A stretch of DNA of 64,000 nucleotides from assembly GCA_043744795.1 (NCBI GenBank), contig JAYTTY010000234.1, positions 993 through 64,992 on the forward strand, in the 5' to 3' direction. The stretch comes from Zavarzinella sp. (GTDB lineage Bacteria > Planctomycetota > Planctomycetia > Gemmatales > Gemmataceae). The position numbers and the translations under genes were made by a program. Of this stretch, positions 27,643 to 38,700 are shown in pieces; positions within the stretch are counted from its first letter, which is position 1, and each line of letters opens with the position of its first letter. Under the pieces are notes generated by a model. That model did not search any database and was not told where the DNA came from. It worked only from the letters and a program-made list of their open reading frames with translations.

Positions 27643-29115
27643 ATGTCCCACCCCATCAGCAACGTGCGCCCGGCCCCCGACGCTGTTTTGGCCGACATCG
27701 CGGACTACGTTACGTCGTTCGAAATCAGAAGCGACCTAGCTTTCGAGACGGCGCATTACTGCCTCCTCGACACGCTGGGGTGCGGCTTGGAAGCCTTGGA
27801 ATACCCGGCCTGCACGAAGTTATTGGGGCCGGTCGTGGCGGGCACGGTCGTGCCGAACGGGGCCAAGGTTCCCGGCACGCCGTTCCAACTCGACCCGGTG
27901 CAGGCGGCGTTTAACATCGGGGCGATGATCCGCTGGCTGGACTTCAACGACACGTGGCTGGCGGCCGAGTGGGGCCACCCGTCGGACAACTTGGGCGGCA
28001 TCCTCGCCGTCGCCGACTGGCTGTCCCGCACCGCCGTCGCGGCCGGCAAGCCGCCGTTGGTGATGCGCGACGTGCTGACGGCCATGATCAAAGCCCACGA
28101 AATCCAAGGCTGCCTCGCCTTGGAGAACTCGTTCAACAAGGTGGGCCTCGACCACGTCATCCTCGTCAAGGTCGCGTCCACGGCCGTCGTCGCGCACATG
28201 CTCGGGCTGACGCGGGACGAGATCATCAACGCCGTCTCGCTGGCGTGGGTGGACGGCCAAAGTCTGCGGACGTACCGGCATGCCCCGAACACCGGCTCGC
28301 GAAAAAGCTGGGCGGCCGGCGACGCCACGAGCCGGGCCGTGAAACTGGCCCTCATCGCCCAAGCCGGCGAGATGGGCTACCCGTCCGCGCTCACGGCCAA
28401 GACGTGGGGCTTTTACGACGTGTCGTTCAAGGGCCAGCCGTTCCGCTTCCAGCGGCCGTACGGCAGTTACGTGATGGAGAACGTGCTCTTCAAAATCAGC
28501 TACCCGGCCGAGTTCCATTCGCAGACCGCCGTCGAAGCGGCGATGACGCTCCGCGGCCGCTTGCTCGCCAGTGGAAAATCAGCCCAAGACATTCGCAAGG
28601 TGACGATCCGAACACACGAAGCGTGCCTGCGAATCATCGACAAGACGGGGCCGTTAAACAACCCGGCCGACCGCGACCACTGCGTCCAATACATGATCGC
28701 CGTCCCGCTGATTTTCGGCCGACTGACGGCCGCCGACTACGAGGACGCCGTGGCGCACAACCCGCGCATCGACGCCCTGCGGGCCAAAATGGATTGCGTG
28801 GAAGTCCCCCAATTCACCGCCGACTACCACGACCCGGCAAAACGGTCCATCGCCAATTCGCTCACCGTCGAACTGGCCGACGGCGCCACGCTGACCGAGA
28901 CCGTGGAATACCCCGTCGGCCACCGCTGCCGCCGCGCGGAAGGCATGCCCCTGCTCGTCGAGAAGTTCAAAACCAACTTGGCCCGGCGGTTCGACGCCGC
29001 CCAGCAAGGGGCGATTTTGAACGCCTCGCTCGTCCGGGACAAATTGGAACGGTTGCCCGTCCACGAATACGTGGACTTATACGTCGCCGGTTTCAAGCCC
29101 CTGGCCAGCCACTGA
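27643..29115 (+). CDS. prpD: 2-methylcitrate dehydratase
   Basis: [62 protein letters not shown]. Confidence 0.96.
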   Translation: MSHPISNVRPAPDAVLADIADYVTSFEIRSDLAFETAHYCLLDTLGCGLEALEYPACTKLLGPVVAGTVVPNGAKVPGTPFQLDPVQAAFNIGAMIRWLDFNDTWLAAEWGHPSDNLGGILAVADWLSRTAVAAGKPPLVMRDVLTAMIKAHEIQGCLALENSFNKVGLDHVILVKVASTAVVAHMLGLTRDEIINAVSLAWVDGQSLRTYRHAPNTGSRKSWAAGDATSRAVKLALIAQAGEMGYPSALTAKTWGFYDVSFKGQPFRFQRPYGSYVMENVLFKISYPAEFHSQTAVEAAMTLRGRLLASGKSAQDIRKVTIRTHEACLRIIDKTGPLNNPADRDHCVQYMIAVPLIFGRLTAADYEDAVAHNPRIDALRAKMDCVEVPQFTADYHDPAKRSIANSLTVELADGATLTETVEYPVGHRCRRAEGMPLLVEKFKTNLARRFDAAQQGAILNASLVRDKLERLPVHEYVDLYVAGFKPLASH

Positions 29116-29144
29116 CCTGATGTGGGATTGGATCGCCTCCTCAG

Positions 29145-30560
29145 TTACTTCCGAAGTGGCGGCTCTTCCGCCGGCCGTCTGAGCCGTTGCAGGTCCAAGA
29201 CGAAACTCCCGCCGACTCCCGGGCACTCATACGTTCCCAAGCCCCCCGCGCCGCCGTAGAGGTCGCCGCCGCCGTTTTTGATGACCCAGCGTAACCCGCC
29301 GACTTGCGATTCTGAAATACCCGCCGGCTCCGTCTTGTAAGACAGGTTAATCCACTCGTAAATGCCGTAAGCGTCGTGGTCTCGGCCGGGGAAGTCGTCT
29401 TGCGGCGTGTAGACTGGGATCAGTTTGTAGACGATGACGTGGGCCGTGGCCGTGCCGCCGGCGCGGGTTGCGGTGACGGTCTTGAAATCCGCGTCGTTCG
29501 CGGAAATCGCGGAGAACTTCACTTTGTTCTCCGCCCCTTTGCCAATGGCTCCGGAGGAGCCTTGCCATTCGCACGCATCGCCCGCGAACGGAGCCTTGAA
29601 CGTGACGGCCGCCCCTTGCTCGATGAAGAGCGGAAAGGGTGCGTCGCGAAACGTCGTTCCGTCCACGCTGAACCGCAGCGTATTGCCGGTCGCCGACATG
29701 CCGGCCGTAAACTTCGCGTATTTCGCGGCGCGTTCTGTCTCCGCCGCCTCGCGGCGACGGACTTCTTTCATCAGGGTCGCCGTGTTGTCCTTGGGAAAGC
29801 GGTGTTTGGCAAGCAAATCCGCCAGTTCGTCCGTCCGGAACGGCGGCTTGGCGAAGGCGTCCACGAGATACCGTGCCGCGTTGGCGGCGACGTCTTTCTC
29901 TAAGTCCTCGAACGCGCTTTTCTTGCCGTAGGCCTCGGAAAGCTGACGATTCCGTTCAATGGCTTCCTCAAATTTCTTCCGCAGTACGGGATCCTTGACG
30001 GCGCTCGGGCCGACCCCGGTCGGCAGCCCTTCCGGGGGAGACACGTGCATGACCAACGGCCCCGACGGCTTTGGCATCGAGGCATTCTGGACACGGGCGG
30101 CCGTGCAGACCGTCAGCCATCGTTCCGCGCGCGTTTGCCGCTTTTTGACCCACGCCGTGTCGGCCAAATAATCGGAATCGCCGTGCAGGAACAACAGAAG
30201 TTTGGCCACGACCGCCACGGGCTTTTCGGCCGGGGAATCAATGGCGGCGACGGCGAGATCGCGGATGGCCTCGTCGATCCCGGGTTCCGTCGTGCGCGTC
30301 GAATTCATCGCCAAGCAGACGTCCAGAATGACCGGGTAATACGCGGGGCTTTTCTTCGCGAGCCATTCGGCCTTGACCTCCGCACCGAGTAGCCGGAGAC
30401 CGGTCACGTCTTTTTTCGCGCGAAGGGCTTCAATTTTCTTGCGCAGTTCCGTGACGCGGGCGGCGGAGGGTGATTGATCGACATCGCCTTCCGCCGGGGC
30501 CGCGTATTGCGCGGAGCCGAAAATAAGCAGGCACAAAATCACGGTGCGTCTGTTCATCAA
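29145..30560 (-). CDS. Secreted hypothetical protein (helical N-half, beta-rich C-half, possibly truncated)
   Basis: Signal peptide and a 471 aa ORF; no family confidently recognised. Confidence 0.65.
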   Translation of the reverse strand: MMNRRTVILCLLIFGSAQYAAPAEGDVDQSPSAARVTELRKKIEALRAKKDVTGLRLLGAEVKAEWLAKKSPAYYPVILDVCLAMNSTRTTEPGIDEAIRDLAVAAIDSPAEKPVAVVAKLLLFLHGDSDYLADTAWVKKRQTRAERWLTVCTAARVQNASMPKPSGPLVMHVSPPEGLPTGVGPSAVKDPVLRKKFEEAIERNRQLSEAYGKKSAFEDLEKDVAANAARYLVDAFAKPPFRTDELADLLAKHRFPKDNTATLMKEVRRREAAETERAAKYAKFTAGMSATGNTLRFSVDGTTFRDAPFPLFIEQGAAVTFKAPFAGDACEWQGSSGAIGKGAENKVKFSAISANDADFKTVTATRAGGTATAHVIVYKLIPVYTPQDDFPGRDHDAYGIYEWINLSYKTEPAGISESQVGGLRWVIKNGGGDLYGGAGGLGTYECPGVGGSFVLDLQRLRRPAEEPPLRK

Positions 30561-30593
30561 GAGCCACGCTTTCCCGGCGGAATGAGCCGCGCG

Positions 30594-33500
30594 TCAGGAC
30601 AGTGTAGGCCGAATCGGCAAGGGCGGCCGGCCGGTCCCCACGACGGCCGGCCGGGTCGCGACGGTCACCAGGAACATCAGCCCGATCAGCGCGCCCCACA
30701 GTTCCGTCGTCGCGGATGCCGAATCGGACGTTGCCGCCGTCCCCGTTACACGGCCGGCGCGGTCTTCGTTTTCTTGGGCCGGAGCTTCGTCTTCTCCAAG
30801 GGCAACTTCCATCGCGATGGGCTGCTCACGGGGCCGATCTGATTCCACCGGGCCGCTCATGCTTGAAGGCTTCTCGGCCCGGGTGCCTTCGTCCTCAATC
30901 GGCTTGTAAAGCCGCGTGCCGCCCAACTCGCGCTCCGCGTCCGCGCTGGGGGGGAGCGGTTCGTCGGCGGGCGGGGTCTGGGCGGCGGCGTCTTCCGCGG
31001 AGGCGACTTGGACCCCTTCCCGGCCGCTTGGCTCGGCTCCGCCAGCCGCGTCTTCGTCGTCACTACTTTCGCGGGCGTTGCCGTCCGGCAGGCCGCCGGC
31101 GAGCAGTGTCACCACGACGGCCAAGGAATCGCGGCTCAACACCGTCGTCTTGGAGACCACGGGACTTTCGGCCGGGCCGCCGTCCACGATCGGGCCTTGG
31201 GCGGCCGACAGGTCGAAGACGAACAACTGGTCCGACCCGGCCGTGGCCGCCAGGACGCGAAGGCCGGATTGCGTCTCCAACACTTCCAACGCCGTCGGTT
31301 CGGACGGGATGCCGGTGAGGGGCGTCAACTCCGCGGAGAGTTGAAAGGATCCGGCCGCGTCCGGCGTCAGCACTTCGACCGCGCCGTCCCGGAACGCCAC
31401 CAGCCGGCCGTCGGCGAGCGAGTCCAAGGCTCGAATGTTGCCGCCGCCGAAGACGTTGCCGATTGACGAAAGGCCGCCGTCGAGGCCGATTAGGTTGCCG
31501 CCGACGGCCATGACGCCGCCATTCGGCGTGAACACCGGCGGCGACACGGCCGGGCCGGGCAACAGGGTGACTCGCGCACGGGAGTCGTCGAAGTACCCGA
31601 AGCCGCGGTCGGTTATCGCGACCAGACTGCCGCCCGCCGCCCCCGGCCCGCTGAGGCCGTTCGTCACGACCAATTCGGGCCGCCCGTCGCCGTCCAGGTC
31701 GCGGAGCGTCGCGCCGACGGGCGACAGGCCGCCGGCGCGGACGCGCGGGCCGGTGGTCGCCGTCCACCGTCCTTCGGCGAGACGGCCGAACAGCACGGAC
31801 ACGTCGTTGGACCCTTGGTTGGTGACCAGCAAATCTTGGACGCCGTCGCCGTTCACGTCTCCCGCGACGGCGGCCACCGGGTTCGTCCCCACGGCGTAGC
31901 GGACCGGCGCGGCGAAAGCGGGAATGCCGTCGGCCGTCGGCCCGAGCGCGCGGTAGACGGCCACGGCGTTGCCGCCGGTCTCGACGACGATCAAATCGGG
32001 GGACGGGCCGCCGTTCAAGTTCGCCGACAAGCCGTCCCGCGGCGCCTTGAGGTTTTCGCCGAACGTGGTGAGGGTCTTTGTCTTTCCGGCGGCGGACACT
32101 TCTTGCACCGTGGCCGAGCCGGTCTTCTGGTTCACCACCAGCACGCGGCCGTCGGCCGTCGCGGACACGGAGGTTTTCGTGCCCGTCAGCGGCGGCGGCG
32201 GGTCAAACGTGCCGTCCGGGTTGCCGGCCAAACGCAGCACGTCCCCGGCCGGGTTGCCGACGTATAAGTCAATTCGGCCGGCGCCCGCAGTGCGGTGAGC
32301 GGTCAGCCCGGCCGGCGAATCCCCGGCCAGGACTGCTTCCAAGAACTCAAACGTGCCGTCCCCGCGCCCGCGCCAGACCCAGACGTCTCCGGACTCGCGG
32401 TCGAGCATGGCGACATCGGTGACGGCGTCGCCGTCAAACAACCCGCTCACCACCGGGCCGGGCGTGTCGCCGATGACGCCCCCGTGCGTCGTCGGCGTCA
32501 TGCGGCCGGCCGTCGGGTTTTCAAAGCCGCCGCGGCCGTTGTTTTTCAAGACGGCCAACTGGTGCGACCCTTCCAGCAACACCGCGAGGTCGGCCGGCCC
32601 GCCGCCGGTGAAGAACGTCCCGGCCGCGACGCCCGCGGAATGGCGGAGCGAGAACACCGCCCCGGCGGCATCGGCGGCCGCCACGTCAACGCCCGTTGAA
32701 AACCGCGCGACTTCCGCGAACGTGTGGCCCGCGTCATTGTGAAGGACCGTCACGTCTCCGCTCACCGAGGCGTTGACCAACACGTCGAGCCGGCCGTCGC
32801 CTTCCACGTCGCTCAACAGCGCCGCCGATGGGTTGTCGCCGGTCGGCCGGACAATCGGCAAGTCGAAGCGGCCGGGCAAGGCGATGGTGACGCGGTTGTC
32901 GAGCGCGTGCGTCACGAGGAGCGAATCCCGCCCGGACCCGTCGAGGTCGCCGGCCGTGATGGCCGTCGGCAGAAACGGCGTGTTGAACCCTAATCCGTTA
33001 CGGACCAGGCCCGCCGCATTGACGGCGTATTGTGAGATGCGGTAAAGCCCGGCGACCGGCGCCAAGTCGATTGCCGCCACCGCCATCCGGCCGTCGCCCG
33101 TGTTGAACGCGGCGAAGTCGCGGGCCGGGTGGGCGGCGTCGTTCAACGGCCGCGGGGCCGCGAACGGGCGGAGCGCGTCCGGTTGCCCTTTGCGGAACAA
33201 GATCGTTCCCGAGCGGTCGCGGATCACGCTGTCCGTCAGCCCGTCCCCATCCAGATCGACCAAGGTGGGCGAATGCCGGGGCGGGGCCGCCCGCAGCGGC
33301 GAGGCGGCGGTCGGCGAATCGGCGTCGGCGAACGGGCCGAGCAGCACGCCCAGCGACGAGTCGTCCGAATTGGCCGTCACGAGGTCGGGCCGGCCGTCCG
33401 CGTTGAGGTCGGCCGTCGCCAAGTAGATCGGCCCCTTGCCGACCGGGACCGAAAACGAGTTTTGAAAGCGGCCGTCGCCGAGGCCGAGCGCGACGCCGAC

Positions 33501-35765
33501 CGTCCCCGCCTGCACGTCGGTCGTGGCCATGTCTGGCCGGCCGTCGCCGTTCAAATCGGCGACGAGTAATCCGTACGGCCCGTCCCCAGTGATAACGTCG
33601 GCGGCCCGCCGGAAGGCGTGGTCCGCGGTCCCCAAGAAAATCGCGGTCGTGCCGGAAAGGGTGCCGGCCGCCACGTCGGCCATACCGTCCCCGTTGACAT
33701 CACCCACGGCCACCGAAACCGGCAAGGCGTCCGCGCCGACCGCCAACGCGAGCCGCTGGGCGAATGCCCGGCCGCCGGCCGCCACGATCACGCTGACCGC
33801 GCCGGCTCTCTTGTCGGCGGAGAGCAGGTCGGGCCGGCCGTCGCCGTTGACGTCCGCGACCGCGACAGCCAGCGGTTCTTCCCCGACGGCCAAGACGACG
33901 CGATCCGTGAACGTGCCGTCCCCGATGCCCCATAACACACTCAGGGTGCCGTCGCGCTCGTCGGCCGACACGAGGTCGGGGATGCCGTCCAAATCAATGT
34001 CTTGGGCGACGACCGCCTGCGGCCCGGCGCCGACCGCGTACCTTCCGAGCGCCCGAAACGTCCCGTCGCCGTTCCCGAGGAGGACGCTGACGCGGCCGCC
34101 CGCGCGGTCCGCGGTCACCGCATCCAGCCGGCCGTCGTTATTCAAGTCCGCCAAGGAAGCGGACACCGGGGCGCCATCGACCGCGAACGCCCGGCGGGGT
34201 TGGAACGTCCCGTCCCCGTTCCCCAAGGCCACGTCGATCGTCCCCGCGGCGTTGTTCGCCGTGACGGCGTCCGGAAAGCCGTCGCCGTCCACGTCCCCCA
34301 CGGCGACCGCGTCCGGCTCCGGCCCGACGAGGAACGCCCCGGCCGTCAGAAATGTGCCGTCCCCGTTTCCGAGCAGCAGGCGAAGCTGGCCCGGGGCGCC
34401 ATTGGCCACGACGAGGTCGGGCGCCCCGTCTCGATTGAAGTCGGCCGCCGCCACGGCCGTCTGGTCGGAGCCGGCGGCGAGGCCGCGGCGCGGGGCGAAC
34501 GTCCCGCCGCTCGTCCCCAAGAACACGTCGAGCGTGTCGTTCCGGTTCGCCCCGATCACGTCGGCCGTGCCGTCGCGGTTGACGTCCGTGACCACGACAT
34601 CTGCCGGGGCCAAGCCGCCGGCCAAGGCCGGCAATTTCGAGAGAGAGCCGTCGGGCAACCCTTTCAACACCGTGAAGGAATTCGCCGCCTGATCGGCCGT
34701 GACCACGTCCGGCCGGCCGTCGCCGGTCACGTCGGCCACCGTGAGGGCGGCCGGCCCGGAGCCGACTGTGTAAACGGTCGGCTCCCGCGCCGGGTCGAAT
34801 GTCGCGCCGCCGGGCAACACCTTGACGGCACCCGATTGCTTCGCGGCCCACACCAAATCGGCCCGGCCGTCGCCGGTCACGTCGGCGACGGCGACGGCCG
34901 ACGGCTCGAACGCCTCCGGAATTTCCACGGCGGCGGCGAATCCGCCGTTGCCGTCGCCGCGCAGGTAGTCAAGCGTCTGGTCTTCCCCGTTGGCGGCGAC
35001 GAGGTCGGTACGGCCGTCGCCGTTGAGATCGCCCGCCGCCAATGCGACCGGGCCGCCGCCGACGGGAAAGTCTTGGCGGTCGAGGAAGGGGCCGCCTTGG
35101 GCAGCCGCGAGGAACACGCTCACCGAATTGGCGGGCCCCGCGTTGGCGGTGACGAGGTCCGGCCGCCCGTCGGCGTTCACGTCCGCGATCAGCACGGCCG
35201 TCGGCTGGTCGCCGGCCGGGAGGGCGAAATCCCGGCGGGCGCGGAACGTCCCGTCGCCGTTCCCGAGCCAAACACCCACTGTATTCGTGACCCGGCTGAC
35301 GGCGGCCAAGTCCGGGAACTGGTCGCCGTTCAAGTCGCCGGCGGCCACCCCCTTGGGATTTCCGCCGGCGTCCAACGGCCCGGCCGGGGAGACGGCCTCC
35401 GTGACGTGCGCGGAAAGTTGGTACGGGGAATCGGCCCGCCCGGCCGACACGCCGAGGCGGTAGTCGCCGGGGGCCACGTGAAGGGTGACGCGCCCGCCGA
35501 GTGCATTTCCGCCGGCGCCTTCGGCCGTCATCAGGACGGTGTCATCGGCCCGCATGATCGTCAAGCGCAGGCCGTCAGTGGACCCGACGCCGGGCGTCGC
35601 CTCGGCCGACAGGACGCCGGCTTGGTCCACGTGCAGCGGGTGCCACACGGGCGCGCCGGCCGTGGGCACGCGGCCGGCCGCCGACAAGTCGGCGGCCGGC
35701 TCGTCCCGCCGTTCGAGCGATTCGAGCGCGGGCCGGGGTCGTCGTTTTCGCCGGTCGTGTCCCAT
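30594..35765 (-). CDS. Large FG-GAP/VCBS repeat surface protein (1723 aa)
   Basis: LESLERRDEPA N-terminal motif, 14 canonical D[LV]NxDGxxD repeats plus degenerate ones, acidic linker, hydrophobic C-terminal segment. Confidence 0.92.
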   Translation of the reverse strand: MGHDRRKRRPRPALESLERRDEPAADLSAAGRVPTAGAPVWHPLHVDQAGVLSAEATPGVGSTDGLRLTIMRADDTVLMTAEGAGGNALGGRVTLHVAPGDYRLGVSAGRADSPYQLSAHVTEAVSPAGPLDAGGNPKGVAAGDLNGDQFPDLAAVSRVTNTVGVWLGNGDGTFRARRDFALPAGDQPTAVLIADVNADGRPDLVTANAGPANSVSVFLAAAQGGPFLDRQDFPVGGGPVALAAGDLNGDGRTDLVAANGEDQTLDYLRGDGNGGFAAAVEIPEAFEPSAVAVADVTGDGRADLVWAAKQSGAVKVLPGGATFDPAREPTVYTVGSGPAALTVADVTGDGRPDVVTADQAANSFTVLKGLPDGSLSKLPALAGGLAPADVVVTDVNRDGTADVIGANRNDTLDVFLGTSGGTFAPRRGLAAGSDQTAVAAADFNRDGAPDLVVANGAPGQLRLLLGNGDGTFLTAGAFLVGPEPDAVAVGDVDGDGFPDAVTANNAAGTIDVALGNGDGTFQPRRAFAVDGAPVSASLADLNNDGRLDAVTADRAGGRVSVLLGNGDGTFRALGRYAVGAGPQAVVAQDIDLDGIPDLVSADERDGTLSVLWGIGDGTFTDRVVLAVGEEPLAVAVADVNGDGRPDLLSADKRAGAVSVIVAAGGRAFAQRLALAVGADALPVSVAVGDVNGDGMADVAAGTLSGTTAIFLGTADHAFRRAADVITGDGPYGLLVADLNGDGRPDMATTDVQAGTVGVALGLGDGRFQNSFSVPVGKGPIYLATADLNADGRPDLVTANSDDSSLGVLLGPFADADSPTAASPLRAAPPRHSPTLVDLDGDGLTDSVIRDRSGTILFRKGQPDALRPFAAPRPLNDAAHPARDFAAFNTGDGRMAVAAIDLAPVAGLYRISQYAVNAAGLVRNGLGFNTPFLPTAITAGDLDGSGRDSLLVTHALDNRVTIALPGRFDLPIVRPTGDNPSAALLSDVEGDGRLDVLVNASVSGDVTVLHNDAGHTFAEVARFSTGVDVAAADAAGAVFSLRHSAGVAAGTFFTGGGPADLAVLLEGSHQLAVLKNNGRGGFENPTAGRMTPTTHGGVIGDTPGPVVSGLFDGDAVTDVAMLDRESGDVWVWRGRGDGTFEFLEAVLAGDSPAGLTAHRTAGAGRIDLYVGNPAGDVLRLAGNPDGTFDPPPPLTGTKTSVSATADGRVLVVNQKTGSATVQEVSAAGKTKTLTTFGENLKAPRDGLSANLNGGPSPDLIVVETGGNAVAVYRALGPTADGIPAFAAPVRYAVGTNPVAAVAGDVNGDGVQDLLVTNQGSNDVSVLFGRLAEGRWTATTGPRVRAGGLSPVGATLRDLDGDGRPELVVTNGLSGPGAAGGSLVAITDRGFGYFDDSRARVTLLPGPAVSPPVFTPNGGVMAVGGNLIGLDGGLSSIGNVFGGGNIRALDSLADGRLVAFRDGAVEVLTPDAAGSFQLSAELTPLTGIPSEPTALEVLETQSGLRVLAATAGSDQLFVFDLSAAQGPIVDGGPAESPVVSKTTVLSRDSLAVVVTLLAGGLPDGNARESSDDEDAAGGAEPSGREGVQVASAEDAAAQTPPADEPLPPSADAERELGGTRLYKPIEDEGTRAEKPSSMSGPVESDRPREQPIAMEVALGEDEAPAQENEDRAGRVTGTAATSDSASATTELWGALIGLMFLVTVATRPAVVGTGRPPLPIRPTLS

Positions 35766-35783
35766 GCGGAAGCCTGTCGGCGG

Positions 35784-38700
35784 TTAGCGAACGGTAAAGT
35801 CGTCGATGGCGTCGCCCGCCCCGAGGTGGACGCCGGCTTGGCCGGCGGCGGTCACGGCCGAATCCGTGACCGACAGCGTTTCGTTCAACAGCGAGAGCTT
35901 CAGCGAGGCTCCCTCCACGTCGAACCGCAGCGTCCCGGCCGCCGATTTCAACTTCAACGTCTTGAGAGCCGTCTGCACGACGCCGATTACCTTGTAAATG
36001 ACGGCCGTCACGGTGCCGTCTCCGTTGCCCGTCAGCCGGCCCTCGTAATAGGCGTTGTTCGCGTACCGGGCGACCAAACCCGCGGTATGCTGCCCGCCGC
36101 CGGACAAGTCCACGAGGGCCGAGACGGACACGTTTGCCAACATTGGCCCGACGACGGCCAAGCCGTTTCCGTCGCCCGTTAAGCGGTTCCCGAAGACGCT
36201 CAGGCCGAGAATCTTCTCGTCCCACCCGTTCCCCAAAAACGTACTGTTCGCCCGGTTGAAGCTGTCCGCGACGCGAGGGCCAAGCGGTATGACACCGAAG
36301 CCGCCGACGCTCATCGCCGCGGCCGCCGAGACGCCGGCCCGGCCGGCGAGCGGCACGCCCGCGTCGCGGACCGTGGCGAGAACCACGTAGGGGCCGGTCA
36401 CGGGCTTGACGAGCAAGCGCAGTTCGTTCCCCAACACTTCTAATCGCAGTGCACCGGTCGCCGGGACGCCGGCGGTGATGGGCGTCGGCGTCAAAACCTT
36501 CGCGGCCCCGTTGATGTACCGAACCAACTTCGCGGACGGGCCGCCCGCCGTGAACGACACTTGGGCCTCGTAGTAACTCCGCTTCGCCGCGCCCGTGTCG
36601 CGGGCGAACACGCCGACGAATTGGCCGGCCTCTTGAACGGAGTACGCCGCCGTCACCGCCGCGTCCGCGAGGCGGGCCGGCGTGAATGAAGCGGCGGCGG
36701 CCGTGGGGCCGGAGACGAACTTGCCGTCTTGGGCCGTGAATTGGCCGGCCAGCGCCTGCCACGTCGGCCCCAAGCCGCCCGCGACGGCCGCGAAGCTCAC
36801 CGGCAGCGGCGCGGCGAGGGCGTTGGCTTGGAAGTCGTCGAGCGTCACGTCCGTGGTCCCCGCGAATCCCGTCCGGCCGGCGGCGAGGACAACCGTGTCC
36901 GTGAACTCCAGGCACGGGTTGCCGTTCACGAGGATTCGGAGGTACTGCCCTTGGGCCTCGAACCGCAGTACGCCTTGGGACACCTTGGGCGCCGCCGCGA
37001 ACTTTACCAGCGAGGCGACGCCGTTGACCGTGCGGTACAATTTCGCGGTCAGGGTTCCCTTGTAGAGTTCGAGCCGGGCCTCATAGGCCGTCAGCTTGCC
37101 CGCACCCGTCGTGGCCCGCGCCAAGACAGACGCGGCCGGCTTCCCGGTTGCCGGCAACAAGAAGTTCGCTTGCACGCCCACGTCCGCGGCCGTGAAATTC
37201 TTCCAGAGGGCTTGCCCGGCCGCCGACCCGACGACCACGGCGCCGCCGTTGATGGTCATCGTCTCGGTCACGTCCCAGTTCGTCCCGGACCCCAGCGACG
37301 TTCCGTCGCCGAGATTAAAGCGGTCGAGCGGGTGGCCGCCGTCGGCCGCCGTCGCCGTCTCCAACCGGAGACTGTAAGACACCGCGGCGGTGTTGCGGTT
37401 GACGAGCGCCAGCGTGTACGACTCGGCCCCGCCGCTCTGCGTGTACGGCAAGACCAGCACGCCGGTCCCGGAAGCCGAACTGACGACGAACCCGGCCGCG
37501 TTGCGGAGTTGCGCTTCCACGGGGTTGCCGCCCGCCACGGTCAGGGTGACGCGCCGCAAGTCGGCGGACGTTTGGGCCGTCGTGTCGAAGCGCAGCCAGT
37601 CTTGGCTGTCGGCCGCCACCGCGAAGCCGGCGTATGACCCGCCGGCGTCCGGCGGCAGGGCGTACGCCTTGTCCGGGGTCGCGTTGTTCCCCGATTGATC
37701 GGCCGCCGTCACGGGCGGGTTGACCGTGAACCCGTAACTGTTGACCACCGCGGCCGAATGGAAGTACAAGTAAAACGTCTGCGCCCCGGCCGGCAGGTCC
37801 GCCAGCTGGAGCCGGCCATTCGCGGCCGTCGCTAGCGTCTGGTTGGCGGCGTTTCGCAACTCGGCGATCAAGGCGGCCGGCCCCCGGACATCGACGGCCA
37901 GTGACGCGCCGGCGTCGGCGTTCACTTGAAATGCGTACCAATCTTTGTCGTCGATGTCGTGCAAACTCAAGCCGGACTTGACGATCCCGGCGGACCCCAA
38001 GAGCCGCAAATCCGTCGCGGCCCCCAGGACGTTGTTGTTGGCCGGCAGTTCATCACTGTCTTTATTGTCCGGCCGGCCGTCTACGGCGTCCCGCAACTCG
38101 GTGAGCATGACTGGCCACGCCGTCGCGCTCACGAAGCCGGGATATTGGAACCCATAGTCGGAAATCATGCCAGGATTTATGGACAGGCCGCCCACGTCGG
38201 TAACCGGCAAGTAAACGGACAGGCCGGAATGGCCGCGCAGGTCGGCCGTGCGGCTGACGACGGCCGTGTCCAACGCGGCGAGCGCCGACCCGGCGGCGGT
38301 GTGAATCGCCGGGGCCAGGGTCGCGTCGGCGGCCAAGGTGGCGAGAAAGCCCCCGAGGTCACGCTGCTCCGGGGCGGCCGCGTTCGGGAGAAGCGTGGAG
38401 GCGGCGATCGCCACCACACGCCGGCGGTCTTCGGCCGCGGCCTCCGCCGCGACGGGGTCGCCGACCGGGGCGGTGTCGACGGCCGTGACGACGGCTTGCA
38501 GGGCGGCGGCCAAGTCGCCGAGTTTGGCCGTGCTGACCGCGGCAAGGGTGTCCGCGTAGCCGGTGGTGCGGTACCGGGCGGCGAAGGCTTGCACGAGTCC
38601 TGTCGCCAACGCTTCGGCCGTCACGCCGGCCGGGTTGGTCGCCAAGGCGGAGAACGCTTGGTCGTACTCGAATCCGTCGCCGGGGACGGCGTCCTGCGAG

